From an uncultured Pseudomonadales bacterium (GTDB lineage: Bacteria > Patescibacteriota > Microgenomatia > UBA1400 > PJMF01), in assembly GCA_964653045.1 (NCBI GenBank), contig CAZZBW010000002.1, forward strand, positions 298 through 64,297: 64,000 nt of DNA, in the 5' to 3' direction. This document shows, piece by piece, positions 56,125 to 64,000 of this stretch; position 1 is the first letter of the stretch; every line of letters starts with the position of its first letter. Made by a program: the position numbers and the translations under genes. The notes below the pieces were generated by a model that was given only the letters and a program-made list of their open reading frames with translations, ran no database searches and was not told the DNA's origin.

Positions 56125-56904
56125 CTAAAAGAATTTCTCTTGATGGATGTGGGCTGGGTCAATTCCTTTTCCTGTCAAAATTTTGCTCACGTCTTGGATC
56201 ATGTTCGCCCTGCCACACAGGTAAAATCCCGTGGCAGGGCGAAACTCATGCGCCAAGACCAAATCGGTCACTCTACCAGTGCTGAGCGTCCACTCTGGGT
56301 GGGGTTGCGACAATGTAGGATAAAAATGGAAATTGGGTAATTGCTCGACTAATCCCTGAAACTCATCTAACCAAAATAAATCATTTGCGTTTCGCATCCC
56401 CCAGTAGAGCACAATCTCTCGTTGGTCTTGGCGCACTTGTACCAAATCCAAGATCATGCTGTGCATCGGTGCGATCCCAGAGCCAGTGGCAATAAACACC
56501 AACGCTGTTTCGCTCTGGTCGGCTATCACAAACTGACCCATCGGCCCAATCCCCCGAACGCTGTCACCGAACTTCAGATTATCTAAATACTGTGAACCAA
56601 TCCCACCAGGTGAGCGATCTATCAGTAGCTCAATTCCGTGTTGAGTGGCTGGCGAAGAGGTAATCGAGTAAGATCGCCGGTGCCCAACATCGTCAACCTG
56701 AATCGAAACATACTGGCCAGACTTAAAACCAAGCTCATGTGGCTCTGTCAGCTCAAAGTGATACTCCGCAAACTTGTCATTAAACTCAATTTTTTCTTCA
56801 AATTTGGCGGTAAACTGCTTGGGTGGATTGAGTACAGGATTCATGTGCCAAGAGTATAACATTGTCTGACAAGGGTTAGTAAAATTATGAGGTGACGCTG
56901 TCAC
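56125..56904 (-). CDS. FNR-family FAD/NAD(P)-binding oxidoreductase (ferredoxin reductase-like)
   Basis: RRSYSITS (RxYS FAD motif), GSGIAPM NAD(P) motif. Confidence 0.7.
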   Translation of the reverse strand: MTASPHNFTNPCQTMLYSWHMNPVLNPPKQFTAKFEEKIEFNDKFAEYHFELTEPHELGFKSGQYVSIQVDDVGHRRSYSITSSPATQHGIELLIDRSPGGIGSQYLDNLKFGDSVRGIGPMGQFVIADQSETALVFIATGSGIAPMHSMILDLVQVRQDQREIVLYWGMRNANDLFWLDEFQGLVEQLPNFHFYPTLSQPHPEWTLSTGRVTDLVLAHEFRPATGFYLCGRANMIQDVSKILTGKGIDPAHIHQEKFF

Positions 56905-57008
56905 ACTGAGTCCCGATGCAAATCGGGATCGAAGTGTGAGAAAACAGCCAATCTATCATCCAATTCTTTCATTCGGCTTACATAAGTTAAATTGGGTTTC
57001 CTTTGTTG

Positions 57009-57024
57009 TAGCAAAATTTTGCTA
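57009..57024. promoter_or_regulatory. 16-bp perfect palindrome TAGCAAAATTTTGCTA (copy 1, region 3)
   Basis: Partner perfect copy at 57159-57174. Confidence 0.5.
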
Positions 57025-57158
57025 AATCTTTAAGCTAATTGAGCAAGGTAAATTGGAAAGCAGTGTTAGTCTTTTGTAACTGACTGATAGTTAGATCTGG
57101 AGTGTTCGTAAGCAGACGACAAGTAGAACCATGCATTAAATTTAGCTTTTATAAATTG

Positions 57159-57174
57159 TAGCAAAATTTTGCTA
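57159..57174. promoter_or_regulatory. 16-bp perfect palindrome TAGCAAAATTTTGCTA (copy 2, region 3)
   Basis: 150 bp from copy 1; followed at 57194-57220 by GGTTGAAACGAGGTTGAAACCTGGTTT. Confidence 0.5.
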
Positions 57175-57377
57175 ATTGATAGGGATGAAGTTTGGTTGAA
57201 ACGAGGTTGAAACCTGGTTTGGTGCCAACTAGATGGATCAAATTTGAGGTGATAACAACAAAGTGACACCGAAACTCAAAATTTAATTAATCTACCGTTC
57301 TAACTCAATGGCTGAAAAACCAGCTTGATCCCGACTTCGCCAAAGCTCCGACGGGGTCTCGTGCTTTTTCTATTTTT

Positions 57378-57406
57378 CTGCTCGAACTTGACAAAGAAGA
57401 AGAAGA
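57378..57406 (+). promoter_or_regulatory. conserved promoter module TTGACA-N17(GAA repeats)-GAAAAT (copy C)
   Basis: ttgacaaagaagaagaagaagaagaaaat. Confidence 0.55.
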
Positions 57407-57457
57407 AGAAGAAAATACAGGGAGTATTTGTTTGGTTTTGATATTGAAGGGATACAA

Positions 57458-57874
57458 ATGAGCGAAGAACAAACAACGGGTCGGGATTTAGAAGCGAGAT
57501 TAAAAGAAGGTGAAACCCGAGAAGCTTCATCCACACCAGAAATTGTCATTAATGCGGCTGATTTACCCTTGCCTGAGCCAGAAATAACATTTGACGAAGA
57601 GGGAAATGTAGAATCCGAAAAAGTCGTAGTTTATCGCTTCGACATTACGAGGTTGGGAGAAGTAATGGATCGTTTAATCTATCATGCTGATAAAATTACG
57701 GGAGCATTGGATTACGGTAATTGGAGATTAGATAAAGAAAAAATCAAACCCGATAGCAGTGGGTGGGTTGAAATATCAGTCGTTAGAAACTCTGCTCCTC
57801 AAGAAAATCCTGAGCTCAGTAAATCTGTCGATGATCTTCGAAGATATTTTGCAAATTGGATGACAACAAACTAA
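57458..57874 (+). CDS. small acidic hypothetical protein (module-C cargo)
   Basis: ATG at 57458 preceded by GAAGGGATACAA; the ORF track uses the TTG at 57428. Confidence 0.5.
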   Translation: MSEEQTTGRDLEARLKEGETREASSTPEIVINAADLPLPEPEITFDEEGNVESEKVVVYRFDITRLGEVMDRLIYHADKITGALDYGNWRLDKEKIKPDSSGWVEISVVRNSAPQENPELSKSVDDLRRYFANWMTTN

Positions 57875-57885
57875 GGTTCAACAAC

Positions 57886-58479
57886 TTACTCATCCCACCC
57901 GTCTCCATACCAAAGTCCCAATGCTAACTTAGTAATGTTGGCATACTCGTCAGTCCGGGTAACAAAATTACGGGTGACTACTCCAATCATGCCTTGATTA
58001 TGACGAATGTCGGCGCCGGCGAAAAGATGGCTTAGAGCCGGCCCCATTTCTTCACCAGACCTGATTGGATCAGCAATAATTGGTGGTAACTTAATTCGGG
58101 AACCGTTGGCGGTGTGAACGCGACCATCCTGATCCACCACCGCTCCCCAAACCGTTGACCACAACTCTTTTCCCAAATCGCACACACCGCCTTCTAGACC
58201 AAAGCCTAAACAAACAGCCTTGTTTTTCTTTTCCAACTCAGCTAAACCAATTTTTAACGCCAATTTTGCCCGGTTAATTGCACCACGCATAGTCTCGTCA
58301 TCACTTCTAGGTTGAGCTGGTACTCCAGACTCAACTGCAAATCCTTTCACTATTGTTTGCGGCCAATATTCTCCAACAGCCCGCTGCACAGCGTTCAGCT
58401 TCACTCGGTTATCAGAGCCAACAAAACAGTAATCCAGCGCTTTGATTGGTTTAGTCAAAATTTGTGTTTGATTATTCAT
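57886..58479 (-). CDS. inosine/xanthosine triphosphatase (YjjX/DUF84 family)
   Basis: VESGVPAQP..DDETMRGAINRA matches YjjX VESGVPEQP..EETRAGARNR. Confidence 0.65.
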   Translation of the reverse strand: MNNQTQILTKPIKALDYCFVGSDNRVKLNAVQRAVGEYWPQTIVKGFAVESGVPAQPRSDDETMRGAINRAKLALKIGLAELEKKNKAVCLGFGLEGGVCDLGKELWSTVWGAVVDQDGRVHTANGSRIKLPPIIADPIRSGEEMGPALSHLFAGADIRHNQGMIGVVTRNFVTRTDEYANITKLALGLWYGDGWDE

Positions 58480-58910
58480 TATTTTTTCCTAGTTAACTCC
58501 AACGCCAATGCCCTTTTGACTGTCATCAATCCCAAGCTCAAACACTTGAGTCGCATCGAACTGATCTGCGTCAATCCAAGCTGGGCAAGCAGAGCTTCGC
58601 TCTTGAGCCCCAACACTTGTTTGATGCTCATGCCTTTGATCATCTCGGATAAAACACTCATCGCGGCTGTGCTGATCGCACAGCCGCTCCCCTGCCATTT
58701 GACTTCGTCAATCTTTTTCCCATCGGCACTCAGCTTCATTCCCACCGTGATTTTATCGCCGCAGCTAATATTTCGTTCAGCTTTAATTATCTGCAAGCCA
58801 GTTAACTCACCAAAGTTTTTTGGGTACTTGGCCTCCTCTAGAATCACCTGCTGGTAAAGATTGTCAGCGCTATCACTCATCACTGTTTTATACCTTGTTT
58901 GGCTTCCCAC
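58479..58910 (-). CDS. sufU: Fe-S cluster assembly scaffold SufU/IscU-like
   Basis: NISCGD, ...GSGCAIS cysteine motifs. Confidence 0.8.
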   Translation of the reverse strand: MGSQTRYKTVMSDSADNLYQQVILEEAKYPKNFGELTGLQIIKAERNISCGDKITVGMKLSADGKKIDEVKWQGSGCAISTAAMSVLSEMIKGMSIKQVLGLKSEALLAQLGLTQISSMRLKCLSLGLMTVKRALALELTRKK

Positions 58911-59335
58911 TCTCTGACCACTGCCAACGCTTCAGCCTCCAGCTCTTTGAGATGAATAAACTCGATTGATTGATTAAAGGTTTTAATCAATGGGCGGGCA
59001 TTAGCCGGGGTTTCGTAGTAATCACCTGACACTTTACTCTTCGACACAGCGTACACAATCCGCCTGATACCCGCCCAATACGCCACCCCAGTGCACATCA
59101 GGCATGATTCCAAACCAATATATAAAGTCGCGCCTGTTAAAACACCATTTTTATTAAACGCCTCAGTGACTGCTTTAGAATCGGCGTGAAATAATCCCGG
59201 AAACGGAACACTAACCGCCGAGGCTAATATTTCACCATCTTTGACTACCACTGCCCCAGCAGGAAAGTTGCCTTCTGCTAGCGATTTTCGTGAATTAGCA
59301 ATTGCTTGCTCTAAAAAATGTTTATCCTTATTCAT
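58880..59335 (-). CDS. CDA-fold nucleoside/tRNA deaminase with variant active site (HAD / SCxxC instead of HAE / PCxxC)
   Basis: LFHADSKAV ... LESCLMC aligned to the TadA HAEIMAL ... LEPCVMC. Confidence 0.6.
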   Translation of the reverse strand: MNKDKHFLEQAIANSRKSLAEGNFPAGAVVVKDGEILASAVSVPFPGLFHADSKAVTEAFNKNGVLTGATLYIGLESCLMCTGVAYWAGIRRIVYAVSKSKVSGDYYETPANARPLIKTFNQSIEFIHLKELEAEALAVVREWEAKQGIKQ

Positions 59336-59348
59336 ATTTCTCTAGTTA

Positions 59349-60566
59349 CTAACCAAATACTTTTTTGACTTTTTTCAATCCGTCAACCAGCTTGTCGATG
59401 TCTTCTGGTGAATTATAAACACCAAAGCTGGCGCGAACGGTTGCCGTCCAACCGAAGTGGGTATGTAGCGGCATACAACAGTGGTGACCGGAGCGCACGG
59501 CGATGTTTTCACTATCCAAAATTTGAGCTACATCGTGAGCGTGGACACCGCGGTACAGGAATGCAATCGAGCCAAGGCGGGTGGCGTCGGTGGGACCGAC
59601 GAGCTCAATTTCTTTAATCTGTGAAAGTTTTTCGAGAGCCAGTGCGGTCAACTCCCAATCGTGGGAGTTGACCGCAGGCATAGTTAAGTCAGATAAAAAC
59701 TTGCACGCCTCGGCCAGCCCCGCGGCCGAGACGACATCCGGCGTGCCGGCAGTGAACCGCTCAGCCAACTCTTCGTTGTAAGTACTTTTATCTAAATTAA
59801 CCGCTTCGATCATCCCACCGCCGAATAAATAGGGACGAAACTCTTCGCTTGTTAACAAAGATTTTTTCACTAATAAGCCGCCAACTCCCATCGGCCCATA
59901 CATTTTGTGACCGGAAAAAGCAAGGAAATCTGCGCCAATTTTGTTAAAATCAATTTTAATTCTGGACGCGGCTTGAGCCGCGTCCAACAGTACCCGCACA
60001 CGATATTTTTTTGCTAGTTCAATCACGCGACCAACATCGTTAACTGTACCCAACGCATTAGATAAATAACTAACTGCCACCAACTTAACTTGTTGATTTA
60101 GGTGTTTTTCTAACCACTCATAATCTAATTGTCCGGTAGGTAAAACTGGGATGAATTCAAGCCGCGCGCCGGTGCGCGCGCACAACTCCTGCCACGGAAC
60201 AATGTTCGCGTGATGTTCCATCACGCTACTGATAATCACGTCCCCGGCATGCAAATTTCGTTCACCCCATCCATAAGCTACCGCATTGATACTTTCGGTA
60301 GCGTTTCGGGTAATGATCAGCTCTTCGGGTTGGGCACCAAAAAACTGTGCAATGGTTTTTCTTGCTTCTAACCAATTATTAGTACTAATATCGGACAATT
60401 TATGTACTCCGCGATGAACGTTGGCATTTGACGTTTGGTAATACTTTCCAATCGCGTCAATTACGCTTTCAGGTTTTTGGGTAGTGGCGGCATTATCCAA
60501 ATAAACTAAGTTAGGATAAGTGCGAAAAATGGAAAATTGGGATTTTAATAACACTGCGTTCAACAT
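59349..60566 (-). CDS. sufS: cysteine desulfurase (SufS-like, class V aminotransferase)
   Basis: PLP-dependent fold; SGHK lysine motif; C-terminal RSGHHC active-site Cys. Confidence 0.85.
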   Translation of the reverse strand: MLNAVLLKSQFSIFRTYPNLVYLDNAATTQKPESVIDAIGKYYQTSNANVHRGVHKLSDISTNNWLEARKTIAQFFGAQPEELIITRNATESINAVAYGWGERNLHAGDVIISSVMEHHANIVPWQELCARTGARLEFIPVLPTGQLDYEWLEKHLNQQVKLVAVSYLSNALGTVNDVGRVIELAKKYRVRVLLDAAQAASRIKIDFNKIGADFLAFSGHKMYGPMGVGGLLVKKSLLTSEEFRPYLFGGGMIEAVNLDKSTYNEELAERFTAGTPDVVSAAGLAEACKFLSDLTMPAVNSHDWELTALALEKLSQIKEIELVGPTDATRLGSIAFLYRGVHAHDVAQILDSENIAVRSGHHCCMPLHTHFGWTATVRASFGVYNSPEDIDKLVDGLKKVKKVFG

Positions 60567-60593
60567 AAATTAACATTCAAAATTATTACTCAC

Positions 60594-61115
60594 TTACTTA
60601 CTTCTTTTTAATCTTTTTTTCAAACCTTCTGGAATGTATTGAGCGATCACCGACACTAATGATTGATTCCGTGGCTTAACGTGATCACTAATAATTAACA
60701 TACAGAGTGAGTGCACATTATCCGGTTTGAGTTGATACTCACGTGACGCTTGTGCCACAAACAAAGCCAAATCATACATTTGTTTATGCGAAAGCGTTAG
60801 CTCTAAATCATGAAAAAATAAGAACGCATCGGTATACAAAATACACATTCGTTTGTTACCGTTTTCAAATGGGTGTAAACAATTTATTTTGTAATAATAC
60901 GCCGCTGCAGCTTCCAAAACGGTCGGATACAGATACGTATCATCAAAAGACTGTGAAACCGCGCCAAGAATGGCTTCCAAACGACCAGGGTATCTTGTTT
61001 CAAACTCTTTAAGCGGTTCTTGGAACTTAACTTGTTGGCGAAAGTTTTCGTAAATACTTTTGCACAAAATCAGGTTCAGCCAAATTTTTGGAGGAGCATT
61101 GAGAGCCGCATTCAT
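60594..61115 (-). CDS. doc: Doc (death-on-curing) / Fic-family toxin
   Basis: HPFENGNKR matches the Doc signature HxFx(D/N)GNKR. Confidence 0.75.
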   Translation of the reverse strand: MNAALNAPPKIWLNLILCKSIYENFRQQVKFQEPLKEFETRYPGRLEAILGAVSQSFDDTYLYPTVLEAAAAYYYKINCLHPFENGNKRMCILYTDAFLFFHDLELTLSHKQMYDLALFVAQASREYQLKPDNVHSLCMLIISDHVKPRNQSLVSVIAQYIPEGLKKRLKRSK

Positions 61116-61266
61116 ATTTTTCCAAATTTAAATAAGTTTGACGATATTTTTTGATACTGTTGACCACACTGCCCTTGACTGCGCCATCAGACACTCCAAG
61201 CCCTTCAGCAACTTGTGGCCGCTGCTTGGTACTTGTAGCTAGTCGAGAAATAAAATTTTTCCACAT
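61027..61266 (-). CDS. possible small antitoxin/HTH protein overlapping the 5' end of doc
   Basis: 79-aa ORF in another frame directly upstream of and overlapping doc; weak HTH-like segment EGLGVSDGAV. Confidence 0.3.
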   Translation of the reverse strand: MWKNFISRLATSTKQRPQVAEGLGVSDGAVKGSVVNSIKKYRQTYLNLEKYECGSQCSSKNLAEPDFVQKYLRKLSPTS

Positions 61267-61291
61267 AACTGATCTTTCAGTGTAACATAGA

Positions 61292-61798
61292 TTAGACTAA
61301 ATAACCAGAGATGATTAACCGGCGCGCGGCTTGACGACTCAAGCCGCGCGACAACAAGTAAAACAGCTGCTTTTCATCAATCTGGGAAATACTAGTTGCG
61401 TGCGAGCACTGGACATCATTGTGATTTATTTCAAGTTCAGGATGTAGTTCAGCTTGAACTGTTTTTGATACAGCGAGAACTCGCGCGGAGAAAAATGATT
61501 TAGCTTCAGAACAACCCGATTCAGTAATAATTTTCCCGCTGATCTTGATTTTGGATCGATATTGAGCAACTGCCTTGAGCGACACGGTGGCAGAATTTTC
61601 ACCGACCATATGCTGAACTATTACACTAACGTCAAGCTGCGAATGTGGGTTTACTTGCCAACGGCCAATGATTTTGACGTACGCTCGTTCTACCAGTAAG
61701 CGCACCAGGTAATCTCCAGCTTTTTTAAGCCTAACTTCCTGCTCACCTGGTTGATCAATGTCAATGATTTTCATCCCACATTGCCTTCCATCTCGCAC
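61292..61798 (-). CDS. sufD: short SufD-like protein (C-terminal beta-helix portion only)
   Basis: C-terminus HNDVQCSHATSISQIDEKQLFYLLSRGLS matches the SufB/SufD C-terminal motif; only 168 aa; overlaps sufB by 28 nt. Confidence 0.6.
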   Translation of the reverse strand: MRDGRQCGMKIIDIDQPGEQEVRLKKAGDYLVRLLVERAYVKIIGRWQVNPHSQLDVSVIVQHMVGENSATVSLKAVAQYRSKIKISGKIITESGCSEAKSFFSARVLAVSKTVQAELHPELEINHNDVQCSHATSISQIDEKQLFYLLSRGLSRQAARRLIISGYLV

Positions 61799-63216
61799 TC
61801 AATCAAGCGGTTCATTTCGACTGCGTACTCGAGCGGTAAAGTTCGCACCAACTCGCTAATAAATCCATTGACAATCATTTTCCTCGCATCTTCTTCACTG
61901 ATTCCGCGGCTGATTAAATAAAATAGCTGATCTTCACCAACTTTAGAAACTGTCGCCTCGTGCTGCACGTTGGCTTGAGCCTGAAAAATCTTTTGGGTTG
62001 GGTAAGTATCAGATCGTGACTGCTCATCCAAAATCAGCGCGTCGCACACCACGCTGTTTTGACTATGATGAGCTTTAGGTCCAACGTTGACCAGACCACG
62101 ATAGCTAGTCCTCCCGCCATCTTTACTGATCGACTTGGAGACAATGGTAGAGCTGGTGTGCGGAGCTAAGTGAATCGCTTTACTGCCGGTGTCTTGGCGC
62201 TGGCCGCTCCCGGCCAGCGCCATACTTAGCGTCTCCCCTTTTGCCCCTTTGCCAGCCAACACCAAGCTTGGATACTTGATGGTCACCTTACTCCCCAGAT
62301 TAAAATCAGTCCAGATCATCACTCCTTCTGCTTCAACCCACGCCCGCTTGGTTACCAAGTTATATACGTTTTTGTACCAGTTCTGGACTGTGGTGTACTG
62401 GCACCGTCCACCTTTTTTGACGAACACTTCAACTACAGCTGAGTGCAAACTACTTTGAGAAAAGACTGGCGCGGTACACCCCTCAACATAGTGAACTGAA
62501 GCACCTTCGTCAACAATGATTAGAGTCCGCTCAAACTGTCCGGCTCGATTGGCATTAATGCGAAAATATGTCTGGAGCGGCAGCTTAATTTTCACCCCCT
62601 TGGGCACATACACAAACGATCCTCCTGACCAAACAGCGGAATTTAAAGCAGCAAATTTATTGTCACCGCTCGGCACTAATTTACCAAAGTACTGTTTAAC
62701 TAAATCTGGATATAACTTCAACCCTTCGTCCATCGACAAAAAAACCACTCCTTTCTCGCGCCAAGAATAGTGGAGCGAGCCATACACCACCTCGCTATCA
62801 TATTGCGCTTTGACACCGGACAGCACCAATTGCTCAGCTTGAGGCAATCCCAGTTTGGTAAAGGTATTTTTAATCGCGCTGGGAACTTTTGCCCACGAAG
62901 TAGTCACACTGTCAGTCGGCTTCAAAAAGTAATGAAAGTTGTCAAAGTTAAGAAGCGACAGATCTGGTCCCCAGCTGGGTAGAGATTTGCTCTGGAACTG
63001 CGCCAGCGCCGCCAGCCGCTGGCGCAACATCCACTCTGGCTCCGCTTTAATCCCCGAAATTTCTTTGACCAATTCCGGTGATAACTTGAGTTTGCTAATA
63101 TGGCTGTAGCGATCCACCGGATCGCTCCAGCCCGGAAAGTACTGATTGTTCTTTTCGTCTTCCCGCTTTTTGCTTGCTCTTGATTTATTGTTTGTTGCCG
63201 ACTTCACATTTCCCAT
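61771..63216 (-). CDS. sufB: Fe-S cluster assembly protein SufB
   Basis: FERTLIIVDEGASVHYVEGCTAP and C-terminal LFYLISRGISEEDA signatures; 481 aa. Confidence 0.9.
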   Translation of the reverse strand: MGNVKSATNNKSRASKKREDEKNNQYFPGWSDPVDRYSHISKLKLSPELVKEISGIKAEPEWMLRQRLAALAQFQSKSLPSWGPDLSLLNFDNFHYFLKPTDSVTTSWAKVPSAIKNTFTKLGLPQAEQLVLSGVKAQYDSEVVYGSLHYSWREKGVVFLSMDEGLKLYPDLVKQYFGKLVPSGDNKFAALNSAVWSGGSFVYVPKGVKIKLPLQTYFRINANRAGQFERTLIIVDEGASVHYVEGCTAPVFSQSSLHSAVVEVFVKKGGRCQYTTVQNWYKNVYNLVTKRAWVEAEGVMIWTDFNLGSKVTIKYPSLVLAGKGAKGETLSMALAGSGQRQDTGSKAIHLAPHTSSTIVSKSISKDGGRTSYRGLVNVGPKAHHSQNSVVCDALILDEQSRSDTYPTQKIFQAQANVQHEATVSKVGEDQLFYLISRGISEEDARKMIVNGFISELVRTLPLEYAVEMNRLIECEMEGNVG

Positions 63217-63386
63217 CGCGGCAGTAGTATATCAGCCAATTTTAACCCAACAAAAAACCACCCTAATGGTGGTTTTTTGGTCGAACTGACCACTGCTGTA
63301 ACTTTAGAGCCAAACCTGCGATTGAGAAAATTATAACAAACAGCTTAATTTTTATCTAGTATTAATTTTTGATAAAAAAACAATCG

Positions 63387-63454
63387 TGGAGGTGACGGGA
63401 ATCGAACCCGCCAGCCCAACTTCGCAGGTTTGGCCCTACACCAGTAGCACCCCC
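63387..63454 (-). tRNA. atypical 68-nt tRNA-like gene (normal acceptor/T arm/anticodon arm, truncated D arm; anticodon loop CTGCGAA)
   Basis: Reverse complement GGGGGTG..CACCTCC acceptor pairing, GCGGG-TTCGATT-CCCGT T arm, but only 15 nt between the acceptor and the anticodon stem. Confidence 0.35.
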
Positions 63455-63512
63455 ACGACAAAATTCAGTTTAATAAAAATTACTTACAATAACCGTAAAA
63501 TTATTTATTCAA

Positions 63513-63974
63513 TTATTTTTGACTTACCATTTTCCTAATAAACCCATTCGACTTCCCAGCGAAGCCAAAATCGTACCGATCGAACTGATCTAATTTAATC
63601 CAAGCAAATTCGGTGTGTTCGTCGCTAATCACGACTGCAGGTTGAGCCGGCAAAAGAATTTTCCAGCCAACAATAATTGTGTAAACTTGTTTGTCAGCCT
63701 CAAAGTAAGTGCTGAAGTGTAGTGGCACAGCACTGAGTGAGTTAGCATCAACAACAATTCCGGTTTCTTCTTGAATTTCCCTGAATAGTTCTGGCAGATT
63801 GGGGTTGGCAACGTCGGTAATGCTTTGCGGCCACTCGCAGTTGCCGCCAGGCAAATCCCACTGGGCGGGACGAGTGAGAGCGTGGGGCGAGCGCTTGAGG
63901 ATCAAGAGCTCGCCATCAGCCATAATTACAGCTTTTTGTAATAACTTGACCTGCTCGGTTAATTGGTGACTCAT
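63513..63974 (-). CDS. NUDIX hydrolase
   Basis: Nudix box GGNCEWPQ...LFREIQEETGI. Confidence 0.75.
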   Translation of the reverse strand: MSHQLTEQVKLLQKAVIMADGELLILKRSPHALTRPAQWDLPGGNCEWPQSITDVANPNLPELFREIQEETGIVVDANSLSAVPLHFSTYFEADKQVYTIIVGWKILLPAQPAVVISDEHTEFAWIKLDQFDRYDFGFAGKSNGFIRKMVSQK

Positions 63975-64000
63975 AAACTCCTCCTTTTTATGCCTGATAT

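Noticed and set aside
57300-57536. Minus-strand ORF 57300-57536 and other 60-110-aa antisense ORFs inside annotated genes
   Set aside because: These lie antisense to or within better-supported genes or regulatory modules. Their composition is biased by GAA repeats or poly-F runs, and they have no RBS or start context.
1-64000. CRISPR array, rRNA operon, prophage or transposase/integrase genes
   Set aside because: No regularly spaced direct repeats, no rRNA-like conserved blocks and no recognisable transposase, integrase or phage structural motifs were seen on either strand

Overview
This 64-kb window looks like a small-genome, AT-rich bacterium (about 40% GC). The gene content is consistent with a CPR/Patescibacteria-like organism: RNase J, FtsK, HflX, EpmA, SufBS(U), PRPP synthetase, Fe/Mn SOD and family-4 UDG. 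Genes are densely packed on both strands. I found five tRNAs: Ser-TGA, Ser-CGA, Arg-GCG, Val-CAC and one atypical 68-nt tRNA-like gene. Each of the two paralogous tRNA-Ser genes is preceded by a partial 5' tRNA copy interrupted by a 36-37-nt GC-rich palindromic insert. At the first locus the reverse complement of that insert also lies just downstream of the tRNA. The accessory content consists of five modules. First, a six-gene minus-strand surface-protein operon (17.3-27.0 kb) including a 1520-aa adhesin with phage-tail-fibre-like HxH / LPxYR repeats; I propose it is an analogue of Firmicute WxL/DUF916 surface clusters. Second, a glycosylation cluster (acyltransferase, GT2, GT4, methyltransferase). 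Third, a type II R-M pair next to a RelE/Phd toxin-antitoxin (TA) module and a GC-rich structured non-coding patch. Fourth, a Doc-family toxin module inserted inside the suf operon. Fifth, a repeated regulatory module: a 16-bp perfect palindrome TAGCAAAATTTTGCTA occurs as pairs spaced exactly about 150 bp in three intergenic regions, and a conserved TTGACA-N17(GAA-rich)-GAAAAT promoter plus conserved RBS drives three small acidic hypothetical proteins. I saw no CRISPR array, rRNA or obvious prophage.
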